Origin: Nitratidesulfovibrio vulgaris str. Hildenborough
GTDB lineage: Bacteria > Desulfobacterota > Desulfovibrionia > Desulfovibrionales > Desulfovibrionaceae
Length of the DNA: 32,000 nt
Reading direction: 5' to 3'
Assembly: GCF_000195755.1 (NCBI RefSeq)
Contig: NC_002937.3
Span: 1,350,001 to 1,382,000 of the forward strand
Each line of letters opens with the position of its first letter. The first letter of the stretch is position 1. A program made the position numbers and the translations under genes. This document shows, piece after piece, positions 8,523 through 17,012 of the stretch. The notes under the pieces were generated by a model. The model ran no database searches, was not told the origin of the DNA, and worked only from the letters and a program-made list of their open reading frames with translations.

Positions 8523-9088
8523 CGCATGAACCCCGTATTGCGGACGATGACGATGTTCTCCGTGGCACCCTGAAAACCCACCGTCACGGTGACATTGGCT
8601 GTACGCAGGGTGGTTCCTGACGCATCGGAACACGGACGTCCCCATTCGTCAAAGGAGATGGTGGTGGCGGCGGTGGTGAAGGTGGCACCCTGTGGCAGTG
8701 TGATGGTGCCGCCCGCTTCACCGGGCATGGTCACGCGGGTGTTGACGTTGCCACCGCGAAAGACCGCATAGGTCGTGCCGGAGATGATGCGTACCCCGAA
8801 CACTTCGTCACTGTTCATGGAACGGGTGCGCGCATAGCGGATGTTGTTGCGAACACTGGCGGCGATGGCACCCACCTCGCCCGCGCGCTGGTCGAACATG
8901 CGTTCGGCGGCGACAGCCGTTATCACAGCCATGATGACAAGTACGGCGATGATCTCGACGAGCGTAAAGCCTCGCTGACGCGAGGCATGATCGGCCCTCG
9001 AGGGGCGGCGTGTGCTGCTGGCGATGGCGGAAGGGGGCGAAGCCCTTCCGGGAGCGCACGGCGTGTTTTCGGGGCGTATGCTGTTCAT
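8519..9088 (-). CDS. Minor pilin, FimT/FimU/GspH-like, with long leader
   Basis: QRG|FTLVEIIAVLVIMAVITAVAAERMF. I found no in-frame ATG/GTG/TTG between the ATG at 9088 and the cleavage motif, so the leader is at least 40 aa. GTG 9133 is an alternative start. Confidence 0.7.
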   Translation of the reverse strand: MNSIRPENTPCAPGRASPPSAIASSTRRPSRADHASRQRGFTLVEIIAVLVIMAVITAVAAERMFDQRAGEVGAIAASVRNNIRYARTRSMNSDEVFGVRIISGTTYAVFRGGNVNTRVTMPGEAGGTITLPQGATFTTAATTISFDEWGRPCSDASGTTLRTANVTVTVGFQGATENIVIVRNTGFMR

Positions 9089-9232
9089 GCTGCGACCTGT
9101 ATGGGGCGGTGCCCATCTGCGAGGCGTGCGCACGGGGCTTGTGTGATGCCGGGACGTATGACGCCTTCGTGGTGCGGGACGTACTGACGTGCCATGTTCA
9201 AGCCTGCGCCGCCGTGGGCGTGGGGGCGCCTC

Positions 9233-10513
9233 TTATTTCTGGTTGAATTGCCGCACGACATCCTCAAGCGGCATGTCGTCGGTGACGGTGACGTACCCGT
9301 CGTACTCGTCAGAGGCAAGGGGCGGCAGGGCATGGGCAGGCATGACGTCGTCCATGCCGTTCATGCCGCTGTCATTCATGAACCGCACAGGGCGGGCGTG
9401 GCGTGCCTGTTCAGCCGCATAGTGGGTCAGACCCAGACCGTGGTCGACGAGGGGGCTCTCATAGTCTTCGCCGCCCGCCTCTTCAGGCGCGGGGCGAAAC
9501 ACGTTGGAAGGTGCCGAAAGCCGTTGCTGCCGCTCGAGGAATTCTGTTCGGTAGGCGTCGGCGGTGAACATGCCGTCACCCCTGCCCATCTCCATGAGGC
9601 TGGTGAGTTGGGCGAACTTGCCTTCGCGCACGAGCATCCGCACCGGGTTGTTACCCACAAGGATGGAAAGCACGGGCACACGGAAGCGCGCCGTGGGGTG
9701 CATCTGCAACTGCTGTACGACGATGGCGTTGAGCGAAGACGAAAGCTGATGCCGCACAAGGTCTTGTGCCTCGAGGGGGAAGGCGTTGCACAGCCGGTAG
9801 AGGGCTTCTTCGGGCGATGACGAGTGCAGCGAGGCGATGATGAGGTGTCCCGATTCGGCGGCACTGAGGGCAAGGCGGATGGTCTCTGCCTCGCGCAACT
9901 CGCCCACCAGCACCACGTCGGGGTCTTCGCGCAGCACGTCAAGCAGCCCGCGTTCGAACGAGGGAAAATGTCTGCCCAATTCACGCTGTTCGACGAACGA
10001 CTTCTTGGAGGCGAAGCGGTATTCGATGGGGTCTTCCAGCGTGATGATGTGGGCGGGGCGGGTACGGTTTATCTCGTCCAGCATGGCAGCCATGGTGGTT
10101 GTCTTGCCGCTGCCGGTGGCACCGCAGACCAGAATAAGCCCCGACCGCAACCGGGTGAATTCTTCGAGAGAGGGGTGCAGGTTGAGGTGGGCAAGGCTGG
10201 GGATGTGCCCCGCCAGAAGGCGCACCGCAAGGCTGAGACCCCGCGTGGTGTTGAAGATGTTCAGGCGCACCCGTATGCCCGCCACCGAGTGGGCGAAGTC
10301 GACCGACCAGCGGCGGCGCAGGATGTCGCGGCGGTAGGGTGTGAGCAGAAGCCGGGCGAGGTCGTCAAGTTGCGCGGTTGTGAAGGTGACATCGGGCAAC
10401 ATGCCGATGTCGCCGTCTTTGCGGTACACCACCGGGTGGTTGCCTGTCATGTGCAGGTCGGACCAGCCATAGGCGACAGCCTGCTGGATGATGGTGGAGA
10501 ATCGCTGAAGCAT
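9233..10513 (-). CDS. Divergent PilT/PilU-like hexameric ATPase with ~90-aa acidic C-terminal tail
   Basis: Walker A GATGSGKTTT, Asp box IITLEDPIEY, Walker B DVVLVGELRE, His box GHLIIASLHSSS, variant signature PVRMLVREGK. GAGGTG RBS precedes the ATG at 10513. Confidence 0.85.
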   Translation of the reverse strand: MLQRFSTIIQQAVAYGWSDLHMTGNHPVVYRKDGDIGMLPDVTFTTAQLDDLARLLLTPYRRDILRRRWSVDFAHSVAGIRVRLNIFNTTRGLSLAVRLLAGHIPSLAHLNLHPSLEEFTRLRSGLILVCGATGSGKTTTMAAMLDEINRTRPAHIITLEDPIEYRFASKKSFVEQRELGRHFPSFERGLLDVLREDPDVVLVGELREAETIRLALSAAESGHLIIASLHSSSPEEALYRLCNAFPLEAQDLVRHQLSSSLNAIVVQQLQMHPTARFRVPVLSILVGNNPVRMLVREGKFAQLTSLMEMGRGDGMFTADAYRTEFLERQQRLSAPSNVFRPAPEEAGGEDYESPLVDHGLGLTHYAAEQARHARPVRFMNDSGMNGMDDVMPAHALPPLASDEYDGYVTVTDDMPLEDVVRQFNQK

Positions 10514-10543
10514 GGCGCACCTCGCTTCGGGTGGGGAGGGGGA

Positions 10544-10569
10544 GGCGGCGGCACCGGGGTGCCGCCGCC
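10544..10569 (-). terminator. GC-rich hairpin between the major pilin gene and the downstream ATPase gene (attenuator/partial terminator candidate)
   Basis: Perfect 11-bp stem ggcggcggcac/gtgccgccgcc with loop cggg, 12 nt after the pilin stop. No U-tract follows on the minus-strand transcript. Confidence 0.45.
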
Positions 10570-10580
10570 GGGGCTTTATA

Positions 10581-11006
10581 CTACGGGCAAGACGGAAGGG
10601 TTACTTGTGCTGTCAGAGGGGTTGCACTGACATCAGCGTTCGTAAAGGCCACGTCGATTGTGTCACCCGCGTCCGTCGCAAAGTTGAAGGCTGTTGGGTT
10701 GGTCGTCCAGCCACTGAGGGTGCCTGCAGCTCCTTCCCAGAGTGCGGCTTCACGAGTGTCCATGCCTGCAAGAGCGGTAGCGCAGACACCGTTTGCAGTA
10801 ATAAGTTCACGAGCAAAAAGCTGGTTGATTCGGGCTTGGAGTTCCGCTGCTGTCGCATCAGCTGCACGCTGCGCAGCGTTAGTTTGAAGCTGGAAATACC
10901 TAGGTACTGCCACTGCAGCCAGAATGCCAAGAATAACGAGCACGGCGATGATTTCGATGAGGGTGAAACCCTTCTGCCCCTTCCGCTGTTCATGCAATCT
11001 CTTCAT
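10581..11006 (-). CDS. pilA: Major type IV pilin (141 aa precursor)
   Basis: ORF trimmed to the ATG at 11006 with an AGGAGA RBS. MKRLHEQRKGQKG|FTLIEIIAVLVILGILAAVAVPRYF has a 13-aa leader and Glu+5. Two Cys (GVCATA...LPSCP) could form the C-terminal disulfide loop. It sits directly after pilB-pilC. Confidence 0.85.
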   Translation of the reverse strand: MKRLHEQRKGQKGFTLIEIIAVLVILGILAAVAVPRYFQLQTNAAQRAADATAAELQARINQLFARELITANGVCATALAGMDTREAALWEGAAGTLSGWTTNPTAFNFATDAGDTIDVAFTNADVSATPLTAQVTLPSCP

Positions 11007-11118
11007 GGTCTTCTCCTGAATCGGTTGTTGTGTCGTTTGTTCGGTTACGGCAGTGCCGCACCCCCCTCCACTGACACCGGGTGCGCGGGCACACCGGCGA
11101 TACTCCCATTCGTTCATC

Positions 11119-12345
11119 CTAGCGCTTGCCAGCCATCTGCGTGAGGTCCCACATGGGCATGAAGATGGCGAGGGCGAAGAAGCCCACCACCGCCGCGAGG
11201 GCGACGATGAGCACAGGACCGATGGCTTCCGCCATGCCCGCCACGGCGTATTCCACTTCTTCGTCGTAGTGTCGTGCCACGTCATTGAGCATGGCGTCGA
11301 GACTGCCCGATTCCTCCCCGATGGCGACCATGTTCACCACCAGAGGGGTGAAGAAGCGGGCGGTGCGCAAAGGTTCGGCAATGCCCCTGCCTTCACGCAA
11401 CTGGTCTTGAATGCGGGTGAATTCGCGGGCGATGGCTGCGTTGCCGATGGTGTTGTTCAGTACGTCCAGCGCATCCAGCACTGAAACGCCGCTGGATTGC
11501 AAGATGGCGAAGATGGAGGCGAAACGCGCCATGACCGACTTCTGGATGACGGGACCCACCCCCGGCAGTCGCAGCACGAGTCTGTCGCGCCAGTACCTGC
11601 CGTCTTCGGTGCGTACCCAGTACTTGTAGGCGACGGTGCCCGCCACCACCACCGCCAGCACCACATACCAGTAGGTAGAAAAAACATAATGCATACCGAT
11701 GGCTATCTTGGTGGGCCACGGAAGGGTGATTCTGGCTTGCGAGAAGATGAGCACGAATTTGGGAATGACGAGGTTGAGCAATACGAAGAATGCCACTGCC
11801 AGCGCACCCATGACCATCTTGGGGTAACGCAGGGCGGACTTGATGTCTGAACGTATCTTGTGCTCATGTTCCAGCAGGTAGACGAGGCGGTCCATCACCT
11901 CGCCCAGTGCGCCAGAGGCTTCGCCCGCCCGCATCATGGAACAATAGAGTTCACTGAACACCTTGGGGTGGGCGCGGAATGCGTCGTACAGTGTGGCGCC
12001 ACCCATGATGGCTTGCGACATCTCGGCGGCGATGGCTTTCAACCGCTTGTGTTCGGTCTGATTCTGCAACACCTGCAACAACTGGGTGATGGGAATGCCC
12101 GCCTGAAAGAGCGTGCGAAACTGCTTGGTGAAGAGAATGAGTTCCTTGGGGGGAATGGGTGAAAGCGCATCCGCCAGTGCACCCAGCCCCAGCGAAAAGC
12201 CGCCGCCCGCGCCCGCCTTCACCTCCAGCGGTACATAGCCCCGGCTGAACAGGATGGCACGCGCCGCTTCGGTGCTTTCGGCGTCGATGACGCCTTCCAT
12301 CTTCACCCCGTTCTCGTTGCGGGCGGTATAGCTGAAGCTTGCCAT
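11119..12345 (-). CDS. pilC: Type IV pilus platform protein PilC (GspF family)
   Basis: 408 aa with two repeated GspF-type halves, each a cytoplasmic domain plus TM segments. The start lies 3 nt after the pilB stop. Confidence 0.9.
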   Translation of the reverse strand: MASFSYTARNENGVKMEGVIDAESTEAARAILFSRGYVPLEVKAGAGGGFSLGLGALADALSPIPPKELILFTKQFRTLFQAGIPITQLLQVLQNQTEHKRLKAIAAEMSQAIMGGATLYDAFRAHPKVFSELYCSMMRAGEASGALGEVMDRLVYLLEHEHKIRSDIKSALRYPKMVMGALAVAFFVLLNLVIPKFVLIFSQARITLPWPTKIAIGMHYVFSTYWYVVLAVVVAGTVAYKYWVRTEDGRYWRDRLVLRLPGVGPVIQKSVMARFASIFAILQSSGVSVLDALDVLNNTIGNAAIAREFTRIQDQLREGRGIAEPLRTARFFTPLVVNMVAIGEESGSLDAMLNDVARHYDEEVEYAVAGMAEAIGPVLIVALAAVVGFFALAIFMPMWDLTQMAGKR

Positions 12346-12348
12346 GGG

Positions 12349-14070
12349 CTACCCCTGCAACATGACGGCGGTCGCCGCCTCTTCGACGGTGGTGATGCCA
12401 GCCCGTACCTTGAGGGCGGCGTCCTGCACGAGGGTACGCATCAGCCCCGCTTCGATGGCGGTGTTGGCGATGACCTGCGTGGACGAACGGCGTACCACAA
12501 GTTCCTGTATCTCTGGCACCATGGGCAGAATCTCGAACAGCCCCGTACGCCCGCGGTAGCCCGTGTGGGCGCAATGGAAGCAGCCGCGCCCCTTGAGGAA
12601 GCGCGACCTGCCGTCGTGCCCCTCTGCGGGGTCGATGCCGAAGGCAGCCAGCGCGGCATGGGGCGGGTCATAGGGTTCGGCGCAGTTGGGGCACACGCGG
12701 CGCACCAGACGTTGCGCGAACGAGGCGAGCATGACCGATGAGACGAGAAACGGTTCGATACCCATGTCGATGAGGCGTGTGACCGCACCCGCCGCGTCGT
12801 TGGTGTGCAGGGTGGAGAGCACAAGGTGACCGGTGAGGGCCGCCTGTACCGCGATAGAGGCGGTTTCGGCGTCACGTATCTCACCCACCATCACCACGTC
12901 GGGGTCCTGACGCAGGATGGAACGCAGACCGCTGGCGAAGGTCATGCCCGCCTTGCGGTTGAGTTGCACCTGACGGATGCCGCCGATGCGGTATTCCACC
13001 GGGTCTTCAAGGGTGATGATGTTGATTTCCGGCGTGTTGATGCTCTTGAGGATGGCGTACAGGCTGGTGGATTTGCCGCTGCCCGTGGGGCCGGTGGAGA
13101 GTATCATGCCGTAGGGCTTGTGGATGACCCGCTTGATGACGGTGTGGTCGGTCTGTTCCATGCCCAGCTGGTCGAGGGTGTAGTCGCGTCCGCTCATGTC
13201 GAGAAGACGCAAGACCATGTTCTCACCGTAGATGGTGGGAATGCTGGACACGCGCACGTTGATTTCGCGGTTGTCGAGATTCATGGTGAAGCGACCGTCT
13301 TGCGGCACGCGGGTGACGGCGATGTCCATGTTGCCCAGAATCTTCAGGCGCGAGACCATGGCGGGGGCCACGTTCTTGGGCGGGGCGGGGGCTTCGCGCA
13401 GCTTGCCGTCGATGCGGAAGCGCACCTGTCTGGAGTCTTTCTCGGGGCTGATGTGCACGTCGCTGGCGCCCTCGCGCACCGCCTGTGCCAGAATGGAGTT
13501 GACCAGCCGCACCACGGGGGCGAGGTCTGCCTGACTGGCGAGTTCTTCGAGGGCCACGTCGCGGTCTTCGGTCTCGGTCTTGGCTGCGGTGGCGGTGTGC
13601 AGGTCGCCGAGGCTCTCTATCACACCGTCGAGATTGGTGAACATGCCGTAGACGGCGCTGAACAGCTGGTTGAATTCCTGCTCTGTGCAGATGACAGGCT
13701 CGACTTCGCTGTTGGTGGCGAATTCGATGGTGTCGCAGGCGTCGATGTCCAGCGGGTCGGTCATCGCCACCACAAGCACATGCCCGTGCTGTTGCAGCGG
13801 TACGGCGTTGCACTTCTGCGCCGTCTCAAGCGGCAGGCGTTCCGCCATGTTGAGACTCAGCGGAAAGTCCTGCGGGGAGTAGCGGTCGATACGCAGCTGG
13901 CGACTCACGGTGGCGACGACGTCGCCCTCGCGGCACACGCCCGTCTTGATGAGGAACTGGCCAAGCCTGAGCCCGCTCTTCTTGTGGTCGCGCAGGGCCA
14001 CCTTGAGCTGCTCGTCGCTTATGATGCCGGCTTCTACCAGCAGTTCTCCCAACCTCACTCGCTTACGCAC
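12349..14070 (-). CDS. pilB: Type IV pilus assembly ATPase PilB (GspE family)
   Basis: N-terminal T2SSE_N/MshEN-like RLGELLVEAGIISDEQLKVAL. Walker A GPTGSGKST, Asp box IITLEDPVEY, Walker B DVVMVGEIRD, His box GHLVLSTLHTN, tetracysteine CPNC...CFHC. GTG start at 14070; 14058 and 14052 are also possible. Confidence 0.92.
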   Translation of the reverse strand: MRKRVRLGELLVEAGIISDEQLKVALRDHKKSGLRLGQFLIKTGVCREGDVVATVSRQLRIDRYSPQDFPLSLNMAERLPLETAQKCNAVPLQQHGHVLVVAMTDPLDIDACDTIEFATNSEVEPVICTEQEFNQLFSAVYGMFTNLDGVIESLGDLHTATAAKTETEDRDVALEELASQADLAPVVRLVNSILAQAVREGASDVHISPEKDSRQVRFRIDGKLREAPAPPKNVAPAMVSRLKILGNMDIAVTRVPQDGRFTMNLDNREINVRVSSIPTIYGENMVLRLLDMSGRDYTLDQLGMEQTDHTVIKRVIHKPYGMILSTGPTGSGKSTSLYAILKSINTPEINIITLEDPVEYRIGGIRQVQLNRKAGMTFASGLRSILRQDPDVVMVGEIRDAETASIAVQAALTGHLVLSTLHTNDAAGAVTRLIDMGIEPFLVSSVMLASFAQRLVRRVCPNCAEPYDPPHAALAAFGIDPAEGHDGRSRFLKGRGCFHCAHTGYRGRTGLFEILPMVPEIQELVVRRSSTQVIANTAIEAGLMRTLVQDAALKVRAGITTVEEAATAVMLQG

Positions 14071-14358
14071 TGCTTGCCTGCCTTGTCTTGTTGTGCCGTG
14101 GCACGCGCCCCTTGGGGCTTGTGACGGGGCGGTGTGGCGCCCCCGCCTTACGGTACCGTATCGTTGTTTTCTGTCGCCTAGCCCGATGCCTAGCCGGTGC
14201 GCCGTCCGGCCCGTCGCGTTGTCTCACCGCCCGGGCGCATCGCTGACGGGGTCGTCTGCCCCGTCGCCCGGTCGAGTGTCCCAAGCTTCTGCATCAGCCT
14301 GGGCACCGGGGTTGTTTCCCGCGTCGTGCCCGGTCGCGTGCCTGAGTCCGGCCCCGTG

Positions 14359-15933
14359 CTAGTTGACGCTGGTTTCCTCGCGGTAGGGCAGGATGGCGGG
14401 CGTGATGAATATCAGCACGTCCTCAAGCTTGTTCGCCTTCGAGTCGTTGCCGAACAGCGCGCCGATGCCCTCTACATCCTGCAGGTAGGGCAGGCCCTGT
14501 CTGCGGGTGCTGCTGCGTTCCTTGGTGAGGCCGGAGATGACCACCGTCTCGCCGTCCTGCACGATGAGCGTCGTCTCGGTCTGCTTCTTGATGATGAAGG
14601 GGTTGCCCTCAACCGTGCGGGTAAGGTCGACCTCGTCCTTCTTGACCTGCACCTTGAGCTTGAGGTTGGACTCGTCGATGACGTGCGGGGTGATTTCAAG
14701 GCGCAGCACCGCGTCTTCGAACTTCACTTCGCGGTCGCCCTGTGCGTTGGTGGATACGTAAGGTACCTTCTCGCCGTTCTCGGTGAACGCCATCTGGTTG
14801 TCCAGCGTGGAGATGGAGGGCGACGAGAGGATGTTGAGCTTGCCATTGTCCTGCAGGGCCGAAAGCTGCACTTCGAGCATGTTGCCGCCGATGGTGCCGA
14901 ACATGAGGCCCAGCGAACCCATGGCCGTCTTGCCCGCCTTGTTCACCGGGAAGTTCATGCCGAAGCCCTGCCCGCTGAGGCCGCCCGGCGGGATGACAGG
15001 TACGCCGCCTCCTGCCTGCGGGTCTGTGGGCTTGGTGGGCCCCGAACCGCCGGGGGTTACCCACATGCGGTTGCCGTCGCCCATGTTGCCGGAACGACCC
15101 ACGCCACCCCACTGGATGCCAAGGTCGCGCGCGGTGTCGCGCGTGGCTTCGACGATGTGCGCCTTGAGCAGTATCTGTGCGCGGGGCTTGTCGAGGTTGT
15201 TGACGAGCGTGATGATCTTGGAAAGGTCGTCCTCAACGGCCTGTACGATGAGCGAGTTGGTATGCGTGTCCACGACCACGGCGCCCACGGGCTTGTTCTG
15301 TTCGTCCTTGCTGAGGAAGCCTTCAAGGTTCTTCTTGAGTTCAGCAGCTTCGGCGTAACGCACCTCGATGACCGAGGTCACCAGCGGCCCCACCTTGCGG
15401 CCCTTGAGTTGCTGCGCCATGCGTTGCGTCTCGAGCAGTTCGCGTTCGACCTCTGCCTTCTTGTCGGCGAGGGTCATCACCTGAATGAGCTCGCCACGCC
15501 ATGCGAAATCGAGCGCGTTGCTGGCGAGAATGCCCTTGAACACGTCTTCCCACGGCACCCTGTTCACGTTGATGCTGGCCGTGCCCTTGACGCCGGGGCT
15601 GACGATGATGCTGGTGTTGGCGGCGGCGGCAAGACTGCGAAGGGCCACGCCCACGTCGACATTGTGCAGTTTGAGGGTGACGGGCATCTGCGGCAGCGGG
15701 CGCTTCTGCTCTTCTTGCTTGGCGGTGACCTCTTCCTGACGCAGCAGCGTCTTGGGCTTGACGTCGCGCACCACCTTGGGCGGCGAGAAGCCCGTGGAAT
15801 TGCTGGCGAGGCTCTGCCACTTGCTGAAGAATGGGTCGGTCTCGTCCTTCTTCTTGCTGGCGCAACCTGCGACGAGCGCGACGGCGAGTAGAGCCGTGAA
15901 CGTGGTCATCAGTATCGTGTTCGTGAAGCGCAT
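14359..15933 (-). CDS. pilQ: Secretin PilQ/GspD family, predicted lipoprotein (liposecretin)
   Basis: ORF 14359..16392 trimmed to the ATG at 15933: MRFTNTILMTTFTALLAVALVAGC with lipobox VAGC. An N0/STN-like domain and N1 domain are present. C-terminal secretin core: GLPYLQDVEGIGALFG...VLIFITPAIL. Confidence 0.88.
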   Translation of the reverse strand: MRFTNTILMTTFTALLAVALVAGCASKKKDETDPFFSKWQSLASNSTGFSPPKVVRDVKPKTLLRQEEVTAKQEEQKRPLPQMPVTLKLHNVDVGVALRSLAAAANTSIIVSPGVKGTASINVNRVPWEDVFKGILASNALDFAWRGELIQVMTLADKKAEVERELLETQRMAQQLKGRKVGPLVTSVIEVRYAEAAELKKNLEGFLSKDEQNKPVGAVVVDTHTNSLIVQAVEDDLSKIITLVNNLDKPRAQILLKAHIVEATRDTARDLGIQWGGVGRSGNMGDGNRMWVTPGGSGPTKPTDPQAGGGVPVIPPGGLSGQGFGMNFPVNKAGKTAMGSLGLMFGTIGGNMLEVQLSALQDNGKLNILSSPSISTLDNQMAFTENGEKVPYVSTNAQGDREVKFEDAVLRLEITPHVIDESNLKLKVQVKKDEVDLTRTVEGNPFIIKKQTETTLIVQDGETVVISGLTKERSSTRRQGLPYLQDVEGIGALFGNDSKANKLEDVLIFITPAILPYREETSVN

Positions 15934-15952
15934 TGATATTTCCCCGCTGCTG

Positions 15953-16447
15953 CTACAGGTCGTCGCCGGTATACGGCAGTTCGCGTTCGGTTCCGTCTTC
16001 GGCGGCTGCCAGCACGACCTTGCCGGGCGTGATGGACTTGACCACATAGCCGCTGTCGGCCACGGCCTCTCCGGTGCGGTATTCAAGCCCGTCGACAATG
16101 GCGAAGACCATGTTCCCCACGGCAAGGTAGCCCGTGTAGGCCATGGTCTGCGCCGAGTCGGTTCCGCCCGGCCCCGCCATGCTTCCACTGCGTACGGTGG
16201 GTGCCGGCGGCAGCCTGAAGGGGTTGCCGCTGGCCTGGCGCACCGCTGCGTCGAGCACATACAGCTGGCTGGGCGAGACAGGCACTTCGGCAAGCGCCTT
16301 CTGGACGTTCTGAACCACGGTAGATGCCGGGGTGGTCTGCACCGCCTTGGGCGTGACACCTCCACCGCCGGGCATGGCGAACGAGAGCGCACCCACGACG
16401 GCGACCGCTCCCATCACGCCCAAAAGTATCTGTTCCCTGCGGGTCAT
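15953..16447 (-). CDS. PilP/GspC(HR-domain)-like inner-membrane alignment protein
   Basis: ORF trimmed to the ATG at 16447 (MTRREQILLGVMGAVAVVGAL, one TM). C-terminal beta-rich YTGYLAVGNMVFAIVDGLEYRTGEAVADSGYVVKSITPGKVVL. Position is between the pilO-like gene and pilQ. Confidence 0.55.
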   Translation of the reverse strand: MTRREQILLGVMGAVAVVGALSFAMPGGGGVTPKAVQTTPASTVVQNVQKALAEVPVSPSQLYVLDAAVRQASGNPFRLPPAPTVRSGSMAGPGGTDSAQTMAYTGYLAVGNMVFAIVDGLEYRTGEAVADSGYVVKSITPGKVVLAAAEDGTERELPYTGDDL

Positions 16448-16451
16448 GGCG

Positions 16452-17012
16452 CTACCCACCGTTGCCTTTGGTTGTGCCGCCGACCTGAATCCAGACCGAC
16501 ACCTTGTACATGGGCGACTGGGGCCCTGCCGTGACCTCCAGCTGTTCCACACGCGTCACCCACCGCTGCGAGGTGGCCTGAAGCATGAACAGCCTGAAGG
16601 CCTCAAGCGGGCCGTCCATGGTGCCGTCGAGCCTCACAAGCTCATTCGAACCCAGCACCGACTCGGCAAGGGGGACGAAGCGCACACCGCGCAAGGACGC
16701 GGCCGTGGCCATCTGTTGCAAGGCCGTGAGCCCTTCAGTGAGCGACGACGGCGGAGCGACCTCCGTCCCGGCTGGAAGGGTGGTGTGCTTGCCGAGTCTG
16801 CCCATGTCACCCTTCATCGTGGACACCAGCGGGCTGAACGCCTTCTGCATGTCGATGAGGGTCGCAAGCTGGGCGTTCTCGGCCTCGGTGCGAGATGTCT
16901 GGTTCATCAGCGGCATGATGACGAGAAGTGTCAGCGCTGCGATGGCGACCAGGGCCAGCACCGGGATGCGGTAGGGTGAAGAGCGGAACTGTTGCAGGGT
17001 CATGACGCTCAC
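16452..17012 (-). CDS. PilO/GspM-like bitopic alignment protein
   Basis: Single TM (IPVLALVAIAALTLLVIMPL), then a coiled segment and a periplasmic domain. GTGA overlap with the upstream stop (alternative ATG 17003). Call rests on size and position. Confidence 0.55.
   Translation of the reverse strand: MSVMTLQQFRSSPYRIPVLALVAIAALTLLVIMPLMNQTSRTEAENAQLATLIDMQKAFSPLVSTMKGDMGRLGKHTTLPAGTEVAPPSSLTEGLTALQQMATAASLRGVRFVPLAESVLGSNELVRLDGTMDGPLEAFRLFMLQATSQRWVTRVEQLEVTAGPQSPMYKVSVWIQVGGTTKGNGG

Noticed and set aside
11007-11118. Possible sigma54 promoter upstream of the major pilin (GGCAC at about 11054-11058 on the minus strand)
   Set aside because: The GG-N10-GC spacing fails (TAAC where TTGC is expected). 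No PilR/PilS genes lie in the window to support it.
14099-14115. TGGCACG...TTGG sigma54-like string
   Set aside because: The spacing (6 nt) and the -12 element (TTGG, not TTGC) are off. It lies on the plus strand, where nothing credible is downstream. I found no equivalent motif in the pilB orientation.
12805-15891. Long plus-strand ORFs (439 aa at 12805..14124 and 564 aa at 14197..15891) antisense to pilB and pilQ
   Set aside because: Their translations are low-complexity, rich in Gly/Ala/Val/His/Asp/Arg, with no recognisable motifs. The opposite strand encodes proteins with complete family signatures. This is the typical open antisense frame of GC-rich DNA.
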